Program-made: the position numbers and the translations under genes
Shown: positions 60,399 through 64,000 of the stretch, piece after piece
Numbering within the stretch: the first letter of the stretch is position 1
Layout: each line of letters begins with the position of its first letter
Assembly: GCF_009834535.1 (NCBI RefSeq)
Contig: NC_045696.1
Span: 52,764,001 to 52,828,000 of the forward strand
Reading direction: 5' to 3'
From: Camelus ferus
Taxonomy: Eukaryota
Length of the DNA: 64,000 nucleotides
The notes under the pieces: model-generated
Databases searched by the model: none
Seen by the model: the letters and a program-made list of their open reading frames with translations, nothing else
Told to the model about the DNA's origin: nothing

Positions 60399-63300
60399 TC
60401 ATTTTGTTTTAAGATCACAGAAGAGCAGAGCATTCATAAGTGTAAAGTAACAGAAGAGAGAAACAGAATTTAAATATATTTTAAAAGAAAAGGAAAAAAG
60501 CTTTTTTTTTTAATTTTCATTTTTTTTTTAACACACACTGCGCTTTTTATTTTCCTTCATAGAGCTAGTATCCAGGGGAAAAAAAAACCACACAATAAAC
60601 AAAAATGGAAAAATCCTTGAATAACCAAGAACCCAAACAAAAATTGGCCATGAGTTTGTACCATCAAGGAAAGTTCTGTTTATGTCTTTAGGGCTGAAAA
60701 AAAAGGAATGTATTTATATATATATATTTATATGCATATGACACCATTAATAAGGGGAAATCTAACCAAAAGCAGGACTTATACAGCTTTCAACAGAGCA
60801 GTGGGAAGGACATTGAGGTGTTCTGTGCTTCTCTCCCTTCGGCAAGGTCCTCACTTTACCTCTCCTCCTCCTCCCAGTGAGGAGTTAGGGAGCAGAGCTT
60901 GGCCATAATTCCCCAGGGTGAGATTTTTACATTCTCTGGTGAAGAATGAAGATTCAGGGAAGTGAGTTCAAAAAAAGCTCCAGATAGCTTAGAAGGACAG
61001 CCACATGCCAGGAAGCTAGTGGTTCCCAGTGATTTTTGTCTTTTGCAAGAAGCAGATTTCTACTCTGTGCCTGGCTTCACGTGGAGAGGGCTTGTGCGAG
61101 GAAGAGTGCAGGGGCAGGAGCTGACCCAGGAGCACCTCCCAGAAAGACACACCGCTGAAATCACCCTGGAACTGGGACGTTGTCCTATGGGCATGTCATT
61201 CTCCCACGTCAAGAGCTTCATACGTACTCTAAGCACGTGGTATAATCTTATCTACATAAAATGATACTAATTCTGGGAAGCTTTGAGTAACCCCCACTCT
61301 TCAGTGTACCAGAGACTTGGATTCTCTCTGTCCTCCTAGGCAGTGCATGAAAAGCTACCACTGGACAGATACACAGATGGGGAGGCTGGGTCAAGACAAG
61401 TGCACCTGTGCTCCTTCCATCTGGAACGTGGATGAGATAGTAATTCCTCATGAACCACCTGAGAAACCATCGTCTCTACTTCCCTTCTTTTCTGAGAACT
61501 TAACTTTCATACTGATTTTGGCCTTCACCACCACTCATTCATTATATTCAGCCCTGTAACCTGCTGAAATGTGGTTATTTTTGCCCTGTTTTCCACTTGT
61601 CTTTTTGAAATGGCGTTGACTTGTACTTTTGGAAAATGAGGTTTGTTTTCACTCCATCCACTTACTTGACTTCATAGTCTGTAAGTCCAGGTTAGGGAGA
61701 CTTGGGCCATGAGAAATTCCTTCCAAAACAAAATATATAATCTCGCCTGTTTCTCACAGAACAGCCTTTTGAATCTGCCTGGGACCACACGCTCACTGCT
61801 GTCAGCGCAGGCAGAGTTTTCAAGGACACCCACTTAATGTAACGAGGCCCTTGGCCCAGGATGAGAAAAAAAAGGATGTTTCCCTTCACGTGCACAAATT
61901 CTTTGCTTGGTACCTGCCTAATACCCAACCCGGCCATTGTCTTCCTATGAAAAGTTATCAGAATATAGCTCAACAGTTAGATTTCATAATATTTTAACTA
62001 AGGATACAACTGTCTCAGTGCCATCAGCATCATCTGAATGTGTCCCTTCTCTACATTGCTAAGAAGTTTGGATCAGAAGAGAATTACAGAGCCTGTCCAG
62101 GGACCCTGTATACTAGAAGTTTTGGCTTTTGAAATGGAGATGATAAAATGAGGGTTCTGAGAAGTGGTGATCAAAGTAGAGGCAACAAATAGCTGCTTAG
62201 AATGATTAGCTGGGCACAGCACTACATAAGGATTAAATTCTTATTCAGCATCAGGGAGTCTTAGAGATGTCAGAGGTTTTAGAGATATCATCCAAATTCC
62301 TCCCTTCCAGGATGAGAAAACCAGGACTCAGGAAGGTTAGCTAATTTGCCTAAGGTCACAGACCCAGGGCTAGAACCCACTTCTCCCGACTCCCAACTCA
62401 GTACGCTTTCCTCCTACCCCACTTCATAAAGTTGTCATTTAGCCTGGGTAGAGGAGTGTACTTTAAGCGTAATATTAATCTAACCTAAATTTCTTTCTAT
62501 AACAGTCTTTGCAGAAAATTCCTGTGGTCCTGGAAGTCATCCCTTTGATAACACTCTAAGTACCACTTGTTCAGACCACAGAAAACATAGATCTGTCATC
62601 CTGTTAAACACATCAGACACTTCAGAAAGACACCAAGAGAGCATGCCTGAGAGAGATACTCCCAATTAAAGTGATTCTGTCCTCACTTGCAATATTCAGG
62701 ATAGTTATATAGAAAATAGGTCTACCAGATTAAGCAAAAGTAGTTATCTCCTAGGATGATTTAGCAAGACATTTCTCAAGGATATGGCAGTTTTTGTATC
62801 CCTCAATTTCTTAGGATCAAGGTGACAAAGAAGCTATCCCGATGTCTTTGTTGGATGGAAAAGAAAAACTGAGTAGTGTTTTACTCATCAAGGTATAGGT
62901 GACTTCCTTGGAGCTATTTAAGATAGTAAGTAAGAAGGAATAAAAAGACAGTTCAGAGTGGATGCAACACACACACAAGCCCTTAAAACTCTGCCCTCGG
63001 TCTCTGCACTTCCCCTGCTTTGGGGTCAGGTCCCGAAGGAACCTAGAGGAGGCCTCCTGTGACTTGAGCAGGATGTGAACCTTTAACAGTCCCCTGGGTA
63101 GGCTTCCTTTTGCTGAAGCAACCTCCTGTTTGCGCCATTAGTCACACTGCTTCCCATTCTGACCTGCAACAGGCTTTGGTTTTTATTTACTTTTATTTGA
63201 TCTTTTTTTTTTTTTTTTTTTTTCAGATTCGTAGGTTTAGCTGAACTTGGTCCCTGCATGAAAAATGAAGTTTACATAGTTTATGTGATGTACATAAACT

Positions 63301-64000
63301 ACTGATTTACATTGATTTAGACATGATTGGTGCCTAATTTATTAATCAGCACACAGTATGTAAATGTGCTGAAAGGAAATCAAGGTTTTAAAATAAATTT
63401 TCCATAATATCCATTAACATTTAGGCTGGTGTAAATGTTAAACCCACACCTACTGTTGACACCAGCCTTCTGGCCAATGGGATGGTCCTGTATGTTACTG
63501 GGTGAAGACAAATGTTTTCTTGAAATAGCAGTTGGCGGCATTTGACAACATCGCTCCCTGCAAAAGAGAAGAGTTTATGTCTCTTCCACTGTATGCACAT
63601 AAATGTAAACTCCATTTTCGCATTTAGTGAGGTTACAGATATTATGCCAGCCATGATGAGAAATGTACATCACTGGAGCTAATGCAGTCTTTGGAGAAGA
63701 TATATTTTAAACACTTAAGAGAGAAGGAGGCTTCCTAAACTGGATTTGTATTTCTTAACTTAGGGTCTTATCTCACCATTTTTGTGGTATGTTTAATCTT
63801 TGACTTCAAAGTATTAATTGTTTTTGTAGGTCAGATAGAGCATTGCACTTATGTTTCTATTTTAAAAAATGAGAGTTATTGAGAACCAAGACTAAATTCA
63901 GGCTAAAAGTTTATGAAGTTGAAGAGAAAAATAAGGCCATGGTTAATCCCATGGGACATAGTCTATCAGCAAATTCCTTTTAAACAGCTCATAGCAAGGT
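60375..64000 (-). other. LSAMP: Probable distal 3' UTR of LSAMP (limbic system-associated membrane protein), convergent with GAP43
   Basis: Inference. LSAMP is the tail-to-tail neighbour of GAP43 in mammals and has a long 3' UTR. This stretch is repeat-poor, has UTR-like A/T runs and ends in a - strand AATAAA with a GU element. No coding exon is visible. Confidence 0.55.
62260..62420 (-). mobile_element. MIR remnant
   Basis: GATGAGAAAACCAGGACTCAGG...TTTGCCTAAGGTCACA...GGGCTAGAACCCA. Confidence 0.7.

Noticed and set aside
1..64000. CRISPR arrays, operons, phage/defence systems, NUMTs, retrogenes, intact ERV genes
   Set aside because: The window is mammalian intronic/intergenic DNA. I saw no spaced repeat array, no long ORFs, no mitochondrial-like or processed-mRNA-like segment and only solo LTRs. 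A highly decayed pseudogene could be missed without a search.

Overview
Mammalian genomic DNA, almost certainly camelid (camel/alpaca/llama). The evidence is four tRNA-derived Vic-1-type SINEs, artiodactyl-type L1 3' ends and a bovine-like GAP43 C-terminus. The window holds the last ~8.5 kb of the final intron of GAP43 (neuromodulin, + strand), then its terminal exon (CDS 8489-8577; 3' UTR to ~9180 with two poly(A) signal clusters). About 51 kb of repeat-rich intergenic DNA follows (L1, L2, MIR, MaLR/ERVL LTRs, hAT DNA transposons). The last ~3.6 kb probably is the distal 3' UTR of the convergent neighbour LSAMP (- strand); this is inferred from synteny and a poly(A) signal, and no LSAMP coding exon is visible. 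The GAP43 exon is the only host coding sequence I can support. The ORF track is otherwise L1 ORF2 remnants or chance ORFs. I see no convincing new biological system. The best leads are non-coding: (1) an orphan CpG-rich element with a strong CTCF-like site at ~52.1-53.0 kb; (2) a dense cassette at ~63.2-63.4 kb with two perfect hairpins, phased TGAT motifs, a + strand splice acceptor and opposing poly(A) signals, which may be an antisense terminal exon; (3) several neural-enhancer-like motif clusters; (4) a strong minus-strand bias of L1/SINE insertions. Repeat family names come from recalled consensus sequences and their boundaries are approximate.
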